From Kiritimatiellia bacterium (GTDB lineage: Bacteria > Verrucomicrobiota > Kiritimatiellia > RFP12 > JBMNHG01): a stretch of 64,000 nucleotides of DNA. Below, piece after piece: positions 42,514 through 50,830 of this stretch; the stretch's first letter is position 1; each line of letters starts with the position of its first letter. The notes below the pieces were generated by a model that worked only from the letters and a program-made list of their open reading frames with translations, was not told the DNA's origin and ran no database searches. Made by a program: the position numbers and the translations under genes. The stretch is from positions 248,001 through 312,000 of the forward strand of contig JBMNHG010000011.1 of assembly GCA_050950285.1 (NCBI GenBank), given 5' to 3'.

Positions 42514-43248
42514 ATGCGCATTCCCACGCTCGACGACACCGCAATCCTCACGCAGGCCCACGTCTTCGTCGGCCCGGACGGCTCGCGCCTCCCGTACCGC
42601 CGGTACCTGCCCGTGTGCCACCCAGACCAGCGAATCCCCCTCGTGCTCTTCCTGCACGGCGCGGGCGAACGCGGGACCGACAACCGGAGGCAGCTGATAC
42701 ACGGCGTCCCGGCGCTCCTCGGCTACCTGCGCGACCGGCGCCTGCCGGCCGCCGTGATCGCCCCGCAATGCCCCGACGACCCCGCCCGGTGGGTGGATGT
42801 CGACTGGAGCCTCGAAAAACACGCGATGCCGGCCGAACCCTCGAAGCCGATGGCCCTCGTCCACGGCTTGCTCGACGAGACCATCGCGACGCTGCCCGTC
42901 GATCCCGACCGCGTGTACGTCACCGGCATCTCGATGGGCGGCTACGGCACGTGGGACATCCTCCAGCGGCGCGCCGCGACCTTCGCGGCCGCCATGGTCC
43001 TGTGCGGCGGCGGCGACGAATCCCTCGCCGCGAACCTCGTGTCTCTGCCGCTCCGCGTCTTCCATGGAGAGAAGGACGAGGCCGTCCCCGTCTGCCGCTC
43101 GCGCGCCATGGTGGCCGCCATCCAGGCCGCCGGCGGGAAGAAGGTGCTCTACCGGGAAACGCCTTCCGTCGGCCACGACATCTGGACCGCCGCCTACTCC
43201 GACCCCGGGAACTGGGATTGGCTCTTCGCGCAAAAACGCGGCAGTTGA
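42514..43248 (+). CDS. Alpha/beta hydrolase (phospholipase/peptidase-like esterase)
   Basis: LFLHGAGERG, GISMGGYG, FHGEKD and GHDIW motifs. Confidence 0.88.
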   Translation: MRIPTLDDTAILTQAHVFVGPDGSRLPYRRYLPVCHPDQRIPLVLFLHGAGERGTDNRRQLIHGVPALLGYLRDRRLPAAVIAPQCPDDPARWVDVDWSLEKHAMPAEPSKPMALVHGLLDETIATLPVDPDRVYVTGISMGGYGTWDILQRRAATFAAAMVLCGGGDESLAANLVSLPLRVFHGEKDEAVPVCRSRAMVAAIQAAGGKKVLYRETPSVGHDIWTAAYSDPGNWDWLFAQKRGS

Positions 43249-43259
43249 GGAATTCCCGC

Positions 43260-43766
43260 ATGGCAGGCGACTCCGTCCTTCCCCCCGGCGAGCAGCCGGG
43301 CGTCATCGAGACCATCGTGCGCGGCGTGTTCGTGCGTGGCGGGCGCATCCTGCTCTGCCGCTCCAAGGGCTCGCCGCTCGCCTACCTCCCCGGCGGACAC
43401 ATCGAGTTCCGCGAACAGGCCGCCCACGCCCTCGCCCGCGAGGTGCGGGAGGAACTGGGCCAGCGTTGCGTGGTGGGCGACTTCCTCGGATGCTGCGAAA
43501 ACACCTTCCTCCAGAAGGGCGAGTGGCACGCGGAAATCTTCCTCGCCTTCGCGATGGTCCTTCCGGACCTGCCCCCCGGACCCGCCCCGAGCCGCGAGGA
43601 CTGGATCGAGTTCCTGTGGTGGCCGGTCGACCGGCTCTGGAACTCCCGCCTCGAACCCGCCATCCTCCGGACGCGCCTGGCCGGATGGCTGGAACCCGGC
43701 AGCCTCGCCCGCAACGCCTTCGCCACGACGCCGTCCGGCTGGGAGGACGTCCCGGCCGGACAGTGA
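43260..43766 (+). CDS. NUDIX hydrolase
   Basis: LPGGHIEFREQAAHALAREVREELG Nudix box. Confidence 0.88.
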   Translation: MAGDSVLPPGEQPGVIETIVRGVFVRGGRILLCRSKGSPLAYLPGGHIEFREQAAHALAREVREELGQRCVVGDFLGCCENTFLQKGEWHAEIFLAFAMVLPDLPPGPAPSREDWIEFLWWPVDRLWNSRLEPAILRTRLAGWLEPGSLARNAFATTPSGWEDVPAGQ

Positions 43767-43798
43767 CCCCATCCGCACCCGTCCCCAGGAACCCCGCC

Positions 43799-44620
43799 AT
43801 GCCCGCATCCGCTTCCGTCCCCCACCGCACGAAGGTCGTCGCCATCGCCAACCAAAAGGGCGGCGTCGGCAAGACCACCACCGTCGTGAACCTCGCCGCC
43901 TGCCTCGCCGAACTCGGCAGGACGGTGCTCGTGATCGACCTCGATCCCCAGGCCAACGCCACGAGCGGGCTCGGCCTCGCCCCCGCCGCCGGCGTGAGCC
44001 TCTACCCCGTGCTCACGGGCGGCGCCGACGTGGCCGACATCATCCAGGCCACCCCCTTCGAGAACATCAACATCATCCCCGCCGAGGTCGACCTCGCCGG
44101 CGCCGAAGTGGAAATCGCCCGGCAGCCCGACCACCTCGCCGCCGTGCGCACCGTCCTCGCCCGCGTGCTCGAAGCGTCCGTCTTCGATTTCATCCTCATG
44201 GACTGCCCGCCCTCGCTCGGCATCCTGATGACCTCCTCGCTCGCCGCCGCCGATTCGGTGGTGGTGACCATGCAGTGCGAATATTACGCCATGGAGGGCC
44301 TGAAGGTGATTACCGACCTCATCCGGCGCCTGCGCGACAACGGCGCCAACCCCACGCTGGAGATCGAGGGCATCCTGATGACCCTCTTCGACGGCCGCAC
44401 CCGGCTCGCCCAGGACGTCGTGGGCGAGGTGCGCGCCCACTTCGGCGACCTCGTCTACACCACCGTGATCCCGCGCAGCGTCCGCCTCGGCGAAGCCCCG
44501 AGCTTCGGCCTTCCCATCACCGCCTACGCCCCCGCCTCCAAGGGCGCGGAGGCCTACCGCTCGTTCGCGGAGGAATTCCTCCGGCGCGCCGCCCGGAACC
44601 CCCGCCACCGAGTCCGATAG
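43799..44620 (+). CDS. parA: ParA/Soj family ATPase
   Basis: NQKGGVGKTTT, DLDPQANAT, DCPPSLG, QCEYYAMEG and EAPSFG motifs. Confidence 0.92.
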   Translation: MPASASVPHRTKVVAIANQKGGVGKTTTVVNLAACLAELGRTVLVIDLDPQANATSGLGLAPAAGVSLYPVLTGGADVADIIQATPFENINIIPAEVDLAGAEVEIARQPDHLAAVRTVLARVLEASVFDFILMDCPPSLGILMTSSLAAADSVVVTMQCEYYAMEGLKVITDLIRRLRDNGANPTLEIEGILMTLFDGRTRLAQDVVGEVRAHFGDLVYTTVIPRSVRLGEAPSFGLPITAYAPASKGAEAYRSFAEEFLRRAARNPRHRVR

Positions 44621-44680
44621 CCCGTCCGGTTGCAGGCGCCGAAGCGGCGCGCCGCGAAATCGGACCGAAAGGATCCCGCC

Positions 44681-45445
44681 ATGCGTGGAAACGACCACGA
44701 CCCCACCCGCTCCGAATCCGCCGCCCTGCACATCCACGGCGCCCCCGGCGAACGGGCGCGCCATGCGGGCGTGGCCCGCGCGATCCGCCCCTTGCTCGTC
44801 GCCATGTTCGTCGCGGGCGTGCTGGTGGGGAACGTCCTCCCCTGGCATGGCGCGGGCGTGCCCGGCGTCGTCCTGCTGGTGGCGGCCGTCGCCACGCTCT
44901 ACGCCACGCTGGTCCTGGGCCGCCGCCGCGTGGCGTCTTTCTTCCTCGGAGCGGCCGGCGAACAGGCCGTCGGCGCCGAGCTGGCCCGGCTTCCCGGCGG
45001 ACGGGACCTCTTCCACGGCGTCGATCTCGGGGCGGCGGATCCCGCCATGCGGAAGGGCTCGGACCTCGACCATGTGGTGGTGGGGCCCGAAGGCGTGTGC
45101 GTGGTGGAGACGAAGGCGTGGAGCGGGCGCGTCACCCTCGAGGACGGCCGCTTCCTGGTGGACGGCCGCGCCCCGACCCGCCCGCCGCTGATGCAGATCC
45201 GCACGTCCACGCGCATGCTTTCCGATTGGCTCGCCCGGCACGGCGAGCCGGACGTCCCCGTCCGCGCGATCGTCTGCTTCGCCGGAACGGGCGGCCGCGA
45301 CCTCCATTGCAGGGTGGACGAAGTCGCGGTCTGCGGTCTCCCGTACCTCCGCGAGACCATCCTCCGGCCGCAGGGCGAGGTCTCGCTCTCCGCCGGGCGC
45401 CAATCCCGCATCGCCGCCCTTCTCGACGGGTGCGTGAAGCTGTAG
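44681..45445 (+). CDS. Membrane-anchored NERD (nuclease-related) domain protein
   Basis: Two TM helices followed by GAAGEQAV, DLDHVVVGPEGVCVVETK and P..Q motifs. Confidence 0.8.
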   Translation: MRGNDHDPTRSESAALHIHGAPGERARHAGVARAIRPLLVAMFVAGVLVGNVLPWHGAGVPGVVLLVAAVATLYATLVLGRRRVASFFLGAAGEQAVGAELARLPGGRDLFHGVDLGAADPAMRKGSDLDHVVVGPEGVCVVETKAWSGRVTLEDGRFLVDGRAPTRPPLMQIRTSTRMLSDWLARHGEPDVPVRAIVCFAGTGGRDLHCRVDEVAVCGLPYLRETILRPQGEVSLSAGRQSRIAALLDGCVKL

Positions 45446-45462
45446 GGCGCGCCCGGGCGGGG

Positions 45463-45487
45463 CGCGGCGGCACAGGCCGCCGCCGCG
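45463..45487. terminator. GC hairpin between the convergent NERD gene and rlmN
   Basis: CGCGGCGGC / GCCGCCGCG 9-bp stem with 7-nt loop; no U-tract. Confidence 0.35.
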
Positions 45488-46666
45488 TCAGTTCCAGGGG
45501 CTGCGCGGGTTTCGCCTCGAAGGGCGGGAGGAGCGGCCCCCGGCCTTGTCCGGCGCAGTTGCTCCGGGTCTGCGGCCCGCTTGCGGCCCGCTTCCGGCGC
45601 GCTTGCGGAGCTGGCCGCAGGCGGCGGCGAGCTTCCCCCCGCGGGAACGGCGGACGGTCGCGTGGATGCGGGCGGCTTCGAGGATCCGCTGGAACTCGTC
45701 GCATTCGCGAGGGGAGGGGACCCTTCCGTCGAATTCTTCCACGGGGCTCAACGGGATGAGGTTCACGCGGCACTTGTGCCCGCGCAGCAGCGCCGCAAGC
45801 CGGCGCGCATGCTCCGGCGTGGCGTTGAGTCCCCCCACAAGCGTGTATTCGAAGGTGATGATGCGCCCGGTCGCCTCGGTGTACTCGCGGCACGCCGGAA
45901 GGAGCTCCTCCAGCGGCCAGCGGCGGTTCACGGGCATGAGGCGGGACCGAAGCCCGTTGTCCGGCGCGTGGAGGGAGACGGAAAGCTCGAACTGGAGCCC
46001 CTCCTCCGCCAGCCGCCGGATGCCGGGCACCACGCCGCAGGTGCTGAGGGTGATGCGGCGCGCCCCGATGGACAGCCCGTCCGGATCGTTCAGCGTGCGA
46101 AGGGCGGCGAGAACGGCGTCGTAGTTCGCCATCGGCTCGCCCATGCCCATCACCACGACGTTCGAGATGCGTTCGTTCGCGGGCGCGAGCAGGCGCGCGA
46201 CCGCGATCGCCTGCGCGACGATTTCGCCAGACTCCAGGCTGCGGACGCAACCGCCCTGCCCGCTCGCGCAAAAGGCGCACCCGAAGGCGCACCCCACCTG
46301 CGAGGACACACACACCGTGCGGCGTCCGTCGCGCGCGGGGATGAGGACGGTCTCGATGCGCTGCCCGTCCCGGCAGGCCAGAAGAAGTTTCCGCACGCCG
46401 TCGGAGGACTCCGCCTCCTCCTCCACGCGCAAGGCCTCCAGGTCAAAGTCCGCCGCCAGCTTTTCGCGGAGCCAGATGGGGAGGGTGGCCATGTCGCCCC
46501 ACGTCGCGGCGCGCCGCACGTAAAGCTCGTGCCAAAGCTGCTTCGCGCGGAACCTGGGAATGTCCTTCTCCGCAAGCCAGGCAGTCCAATCGGCCGGCGT
46601 CTGGGAATACGCCAGACGCTTTCCCGCTTCCGGCGCGGGCGATGTCGAAGGGGCGGGTTCGCACAT
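45488..46666 (-). CDS. rlmN: 23S rRNA A2503 C2-methyltransferase RlmN
   Basis: CVSSQVGCAFGCAFC, MGMGEP, SLHAP and AACGQL motifs. Confidence 0.95.
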   Translation of the reverse strand: MCEPAPSTSPAPEAGKRLAYSQTPADWTAWLAEKDIPRFRAKQLWHELYVRRAATWGDMATLPIWLREKLAADFDLEALRVEEEAESSDGVRKLLLACRDGQRIETVLIPARDGRRTVCVSSQVGCAFGCAFCASGQGGCVRSLESGEIVAQAIAVARLLAPANERISNVVVMGMGEPMANYDAVLAALRTLNDPDGLSIGARRITLSTCGVVPGIRRLAEEGLQFELSVSLHAPDNGLRSRLMPVNRRWPLEELLPACREYTEATGRIITFEYTLVGGLNATPEHARRLAALLRGHKCRVNLIPLSPVEEFDGRVPSPRECDEFQRILEAARIHATVRRSRGGKLAAACGQLRKRAGSGPQAGRRPGATAPDKAGGRSSRPSRRNPRSPWN

Positions 46667-46839
46667 GGCCGCCAGTATACGCCATCTGCACGCGGGAACA
46701 AGACGGAAGAGCCAGTCCAACCGCCGCCAGGCCGACGCCGCGGCGCTGTTTTGCCTTGCCCGTTCCGCGTTGCGCATTTACTTTGACAAGCGACCCTTTT
46801 CGACTAGAACCCCGGTTCGTTCCCGATTATGATCCGACC

Positions 46840-47976
46840 ATGCATTCGGCCCGCCCAACCTTGATGACGCTCGTCTTCGCCGGCATGGCGATCGTCCTTG
46901 TGCTGCAGCTTAGGGGAAATCGCCGACGCGACGCCGCGTACCGGCGTCTTCTGGAGGAGATGCCGCAGACGCACCAAACCGCGGCAACGAACGATCTGCC
47001 GCCGCAAGCCCGCGCGCCGGCCGACGCCACGTCGATTTACAGGCAGGTTTCGCCCTCGGTCGTCGCGGTGGCGAACCATGCCCTGGTGCGCCGGGGCTTT
47101 TTCGGGTTCCAGCTGGTCGAAGTGCCGCAAGGCGCCGGCTCGGGCTTTGTCTGGGACAAGGAAGGGCATATCGTCAGCAATTATCATGTGATCCATCAGG
47201 CCAACACCCTGGCCGTCACCTTCCCGGATGGCACGCGCCACGAAGCGCGGTTGGTCGGCATCGCGCCGGACTATGACCTCGCGGTGCTCAAGGTCGACGC
47301 ACCGCCGGATCTCCTCGTGCCGGTTGTCCTGGCCCGCTCGCGCGAACTGGAGGTCGGCCAGGACGTCTTCGCCATCGGAAACCCCTTCGGCCTCGACGCC
47401 ACCCTGTCGGCAGGCATCGTCAGCGCCCTCGGGCGAACGATCACCTCCATGACCGGCCGGCGCATCACCGATGTGATCCAGACCGACGCAGCGATCAATC
47501 CCGGCAACTCGGGCGGTCCCCTGCTGGACGCGCGCGGCCGGGTGATCGGCGTCAACACCGCCATCCTCAGCCCCAGCGGCGCCTATGCAGGCATCGGCTT
47601 CGCGGTGCCGTCCGACACCGTGGCCCGTGTCATCCCGCAACTGATTGAAAAAGGCCATGTCACGCGCGCCGGTCTGGGCTTGGAATTGGTTCCGGATCAC
47701 GTGACAGCCCGCGCGGGCATCGCAGGCGTGGCGATATACGCCGTTTACGAGCAGACGCCCGCCGCCCGCGCCGGTCTGGAAGGCATCGGCATCGACCACA
47801 TCGGAACCTTGGTCTTCGGCGATGTCATCACGGCTGTCGACGGCACGCCCGTGCGCACGGTCGAGGACCTGCGTTCGGCGCTGGATCCCCGCCAGCCCGG
47901 CGAATCGGTCGCCCTGTCGCTGCAACGTTCCGGCAAGACCCGCGAGGTGGCGGTCACGCTGATCGAGGAGCAATAA
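46840..47976 (+). CDS. HtrA/DegP-like trypsin protease with PDZ domain
   Basis: GSGFVW, SNYHVI, DLAVLK, IQTDAAINPGNSGGP and a C-terminal PDZ domain. Confidence 0.93.
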   Translation: MHSARPTLMTLVFAGMAIVLVLQLRGNRRRDAAYRRLLEEMPQTHQTAATNDLPPQARAPADATSIYRQVSPSVVAVANHALVRRGFFGFQLVEVPQGAGSGFVWDKEGHIVSNYHVIHQANTLAVTFPDGTRHEARLVGIAPDYDLAVLKVDAPPDLLVPVVLARSRELEVGQDVFAIGNPFGLDATLSAGIVSALGRTITSMTGRRITDVIQTDAAINPGNSGGPLLDARGRVIGVNTAILSPSGAYAGIGFAVPSDTVARVIPQLIEKGHVTRAGLGLELVPDHVTARAGIAGVAIYAVYEQTPAARAGLEGIGIDHIGTLVFGDVITAVDGTPVRTVEDLRSALDPRQPGESVALSLQRSGKTREVAVTLIEEQ

Positions 47977-48367
47977 AGCGCATCGTCAACCGAAGTGCGC
48001 GGCATCGTTCACCCGCGTTCGTGCCTCCCGTCTACGGCCTCCCCGTCCGCTTGCCTTGAAGGCCCTTCGTGCATGCATGCCGCGCGGCGTTTTGCGTTTT
48101 GGCAATGAATCCTGTCGCCCCGCCCCGCATCCCCGTCGCCGGCCGATGGCGTTTTGGGCTTGACGCCTTTCCACCTCCTTCGCATCATGGCGGCATGGAT
48201 GGGGGTCGGCTCGTCCCGCCGCCCCCCGGCATGCGGCAACGGTCTTTGCGGGAGTCTCCATGGCGGGTTGTTTCCGAAAGTTGCACACGCTCCGCTCCGC
48301 GCGGCTCGCCGCGGAAAGGCTCCACGACCCCTTCGACGACGACCAGCGAAACGGACGCCCCCGATTC

Positions 48368-48467
48368 CCGCATGGCAAGCCCGTCCATCCCGACATCACG
48401 CTCCATTGGGAGGCGGGGAACCCGCTCGCCCTGCTCGGGGGAACCACGGTTTACACGGACAAAATCG
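48368..48467 (+). repeat. 100-bp direct repeat, copy 1
   Basis: CCGCATGGCAAGCCCGTCC...ACGGACAAAATCG; two mismatches to the copy at 53618-53717. Confidence 0.95.
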
Positions 48468-49800
48468 AGATCGACGCCGGGGAGGTCGACTGGCCCCTGG
48501 ATTACGCCGTCATCCCGCGTCATTCGGCCATTTCCTTCGCCATCGCCGCCGAGGGCCAGGCCGCCGAGGGCGGCAAGGCGGTGGACATCGTCCACGGGCG
48601 CATCGTCGACGTGGACATCGATGTGGACGCCAACCACGACGGCAAAATCGACGACGCCGACGAGCCCCTGGAGGAGGACCCCGGCGGACTAGGCCTGCGT
48701 CTGCACGAACCAGCTGACGCCGATCAAGCTGACGCTGGCAGCCCGCCGGCCTGCCCGGCAGGCTGACCCTCTCGGCGACGATGGGCGGCCAGCGCATTAG
48801 AGTCTGGCGGAACGCCAACCGCACCGGCCAGATCGATCTGACCAAACAAGGCAATGTGGTTCCCGGCACGCTCTATGTCGAAGGTGTCGCCCCCAGCGCG
48901 ACCGCCCGCGACGTGGAACTCCGCCTCGAGTACGACGAGAACCCGCCGGGCCAGAATAACAGCCTCTTCAAGTGCGAAGACAGGGTAAGGCTGACGGTGA
49001 TTAAGGTGGAGACTATTAAATTTCGTATCGGCACTGCCTCTGAATGGAAAGATTTCGCGAAACCGCAGAAAATACTTTTGGGAAAGGTCTCACACCTTCG
49101 AGCGATGGACATCCAGCCTCCGGGTGTTGCTCTGCCCAGTGGATTTCCGGCATGGCAGGGAACCTATGGAGTCACGGCATCAGGCATCGAGGTAACCCAT
49201 ACATACAGCGGCGCGCCATCGGCGAGCGATGCAGACACAAAGACTGTCACCACAGAGGGCGGCCCCGCCGCACCGGAAGAGTTTTTGGTTTGCACGAAAG
49301 TACTTGGGATCCATTCAAATGTTGATCCTGATGCGGGCTTCACTTCTGGCCATGCGTGGGTGTCGGTTACTGACTATTCATATGGTTCTCCTGTGACTAC
49401 CACATATGGTTTATGGCCAGATGCACATCCCAATGTCCCCGACAACGGACCTGACTCGGATGTTCGTATAGGGTTGGAGCCTGCCACTGGTCTGCACAAC
49501 CGCTTTTTCCTGCTCTCCCCATCGCAGTACAATGCTTTTGTAACCTTTCGCCAATCTCATGCCGAATGGAGCTATATATACACATGTGCAAATTGGGCGG
49601 AAGATGCGTATCGCGCAGGCACTGCTGAAACAGTCGATTCGTCCGATAATGTGCTCTTCGGCACGCCTAGGAAAATATCTGCCAGCATTGTTGTACTAGA
49701 AACTGACAATCCGACGACCAGTGATATGCCGTTCGAAGGCGGCGAAGACGCATCCTCTTCCTCTAGCGGTTCATCTTGGGGCGGAAGTAGTTTCACATAA
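48368..49800 (+). pseudogene. Toxin-like cassette 1: head-less stalk fragment, conserved module (two +1 indels near 48692 and 48738) and permuted papain-like C-terminal domain; ORF 48781..49800 is intact
   Basis: DVDANHDGKIDDAD, a module homologous to 51134-51468, and a CT with GHAW...YGLWPD...TCANWA...GTP. Base composition becomes AT-richer after 49010. Confidence 0.65.
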
Positions 49801-49823
49801 ATCAAGGCCGGAAAGGATTAGCG

Positions 49824-50828
49824 ATGAAAATGATTCTGATGATGTCCGTTGTTTCGATGGCAACTCTTGCGTCGGGTGAAGAAACCCCAAGGACGCTTTT
49901 TGATGCCATTAAAAGCGACGATCTTTCGGAGGTTCGGCAAATGGCAGTTTCGAGGGAGCACGTCAACGCTCGAGACGCGCAGAATTTTACGCCGCTCATG
50001 GTGGCATCGAGACAGGCAAGCGTGGAAACCGTTAAGATTCTGGTGGAGGCCGGGGCCGATATTGATGCCAAGGTCGATGGTTTCACCGTTATTGACCAAG
50101 TTGAAAGCTACTTGAGGCGAACAGGCGACAACAAAAAGCGAACGATAGAAATGATGAAACGAGACGGGTTTAGCGAACAACTCATCAAGGCGGTAGAGGA
50201 GGACGCTCGCGGGCTAAACGAAAGCCCCGAGCGGATTCAAAAATGGCAGACTATTCTCGATTATTTGAAAGAGGTTAAGGACTGTGCTAGAGCTGATAAT
50301 AATCCGGCAACGAATGACATGCCTTTTGATGGTGGTGAAACAGTCTTGAGCGTTGATACTGCTGCCAAAAGTATTCTCGACGCTGTAAGAAACGGCAATT
50401 TACATGAGGTAAAACAAATGGTAAGGGACAAGGCGTTGCTGGATAAAAGAGATGCTCACGGCCGTTCGCCCTTGATGCTTGCCGCCGAACAAGGGAATGT
50501 TGAAATCACAAAAGTTCTTATCGAGGCAGGTGCCGATGTAAACGCGAGAGATCGGTTTGGCTTCACCGCCGTCGATTTGATCGAAAGTATTCTGCGACGC
50601 GTTCATTTTAATTCTCCTGAATTTTTGCGGGAGCGAGCAGAAAGGATGCGACGGGAGGGGTTCAGCGAAGATGTGGTTGAGAAGGAGCTGAAGTTGCTCA
50701 AAGGTTCTGCCGTGCCGGGACCACAACGAACAGCAAATGATATTCAGAACCTAGAGGAAGTTCTGCGGTGTTTGAAAAAAGCTGTCGAAACGAGAACAGA
50801 AGATGCGGGTGGGCAAAATGGGAAATAG
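49824..50828 (+). CDS. Ankyrin-repeat protein with two paralogous halves and a signal-like N-terminus; candidate immunity protein
   Basis: TPLMVAS..VETVKILVEAGADIDA and SPLMLAA..VEITKVLIEAGADVNA. AT-rich; starts 23 nt after the cassette 1 stop. Confidence 0.8.
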   Translation: MKMILMMSVVSMATLASGEETPRTLFDAIKSDDLSEVRQMAVSREHVNARDAQNFTPLMVASRQASVETVKILVEAGADIDAKVDGFTVIDQVESYLRRTGDNKKRTIEMMKRDGFSEQLIKAVEEDARGLNESPERIQKWQTILDYLKEVKDCARADNNPATNDMPFDGGETVLSVDTAAKSILDAVRNGNLHEVKQMVRDKALLDKRDAHGRSPLMLAAEQGNVEITKVLIEAGADVNARDRFGFTAVDLIESILRRVHFNSPEFLRERAERMRREGFSEDVVEKELKLLKGSAVPGPQRTANDIQNLEEVLRCLKKAVETRTEDAGGQNGK

Positions 50829-50830
50829 CC

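Noticed and set aside
10429..48089. Shared 15-mer GCATGCCGCGCGGCG near both toxin-family loci (about 10429 and 48075)
   Set aside because: Very GC-rich and short; such matches are expected by chance at this base composition.
47977..48367. ncRNA, tRNA or att site left of the cassette block
   Set aside because: Only short palindromes (GCATGCATGC); no cloverleaf or recognisable RNA motif. The N-terminal part of ORF 48260 looks non-coding.
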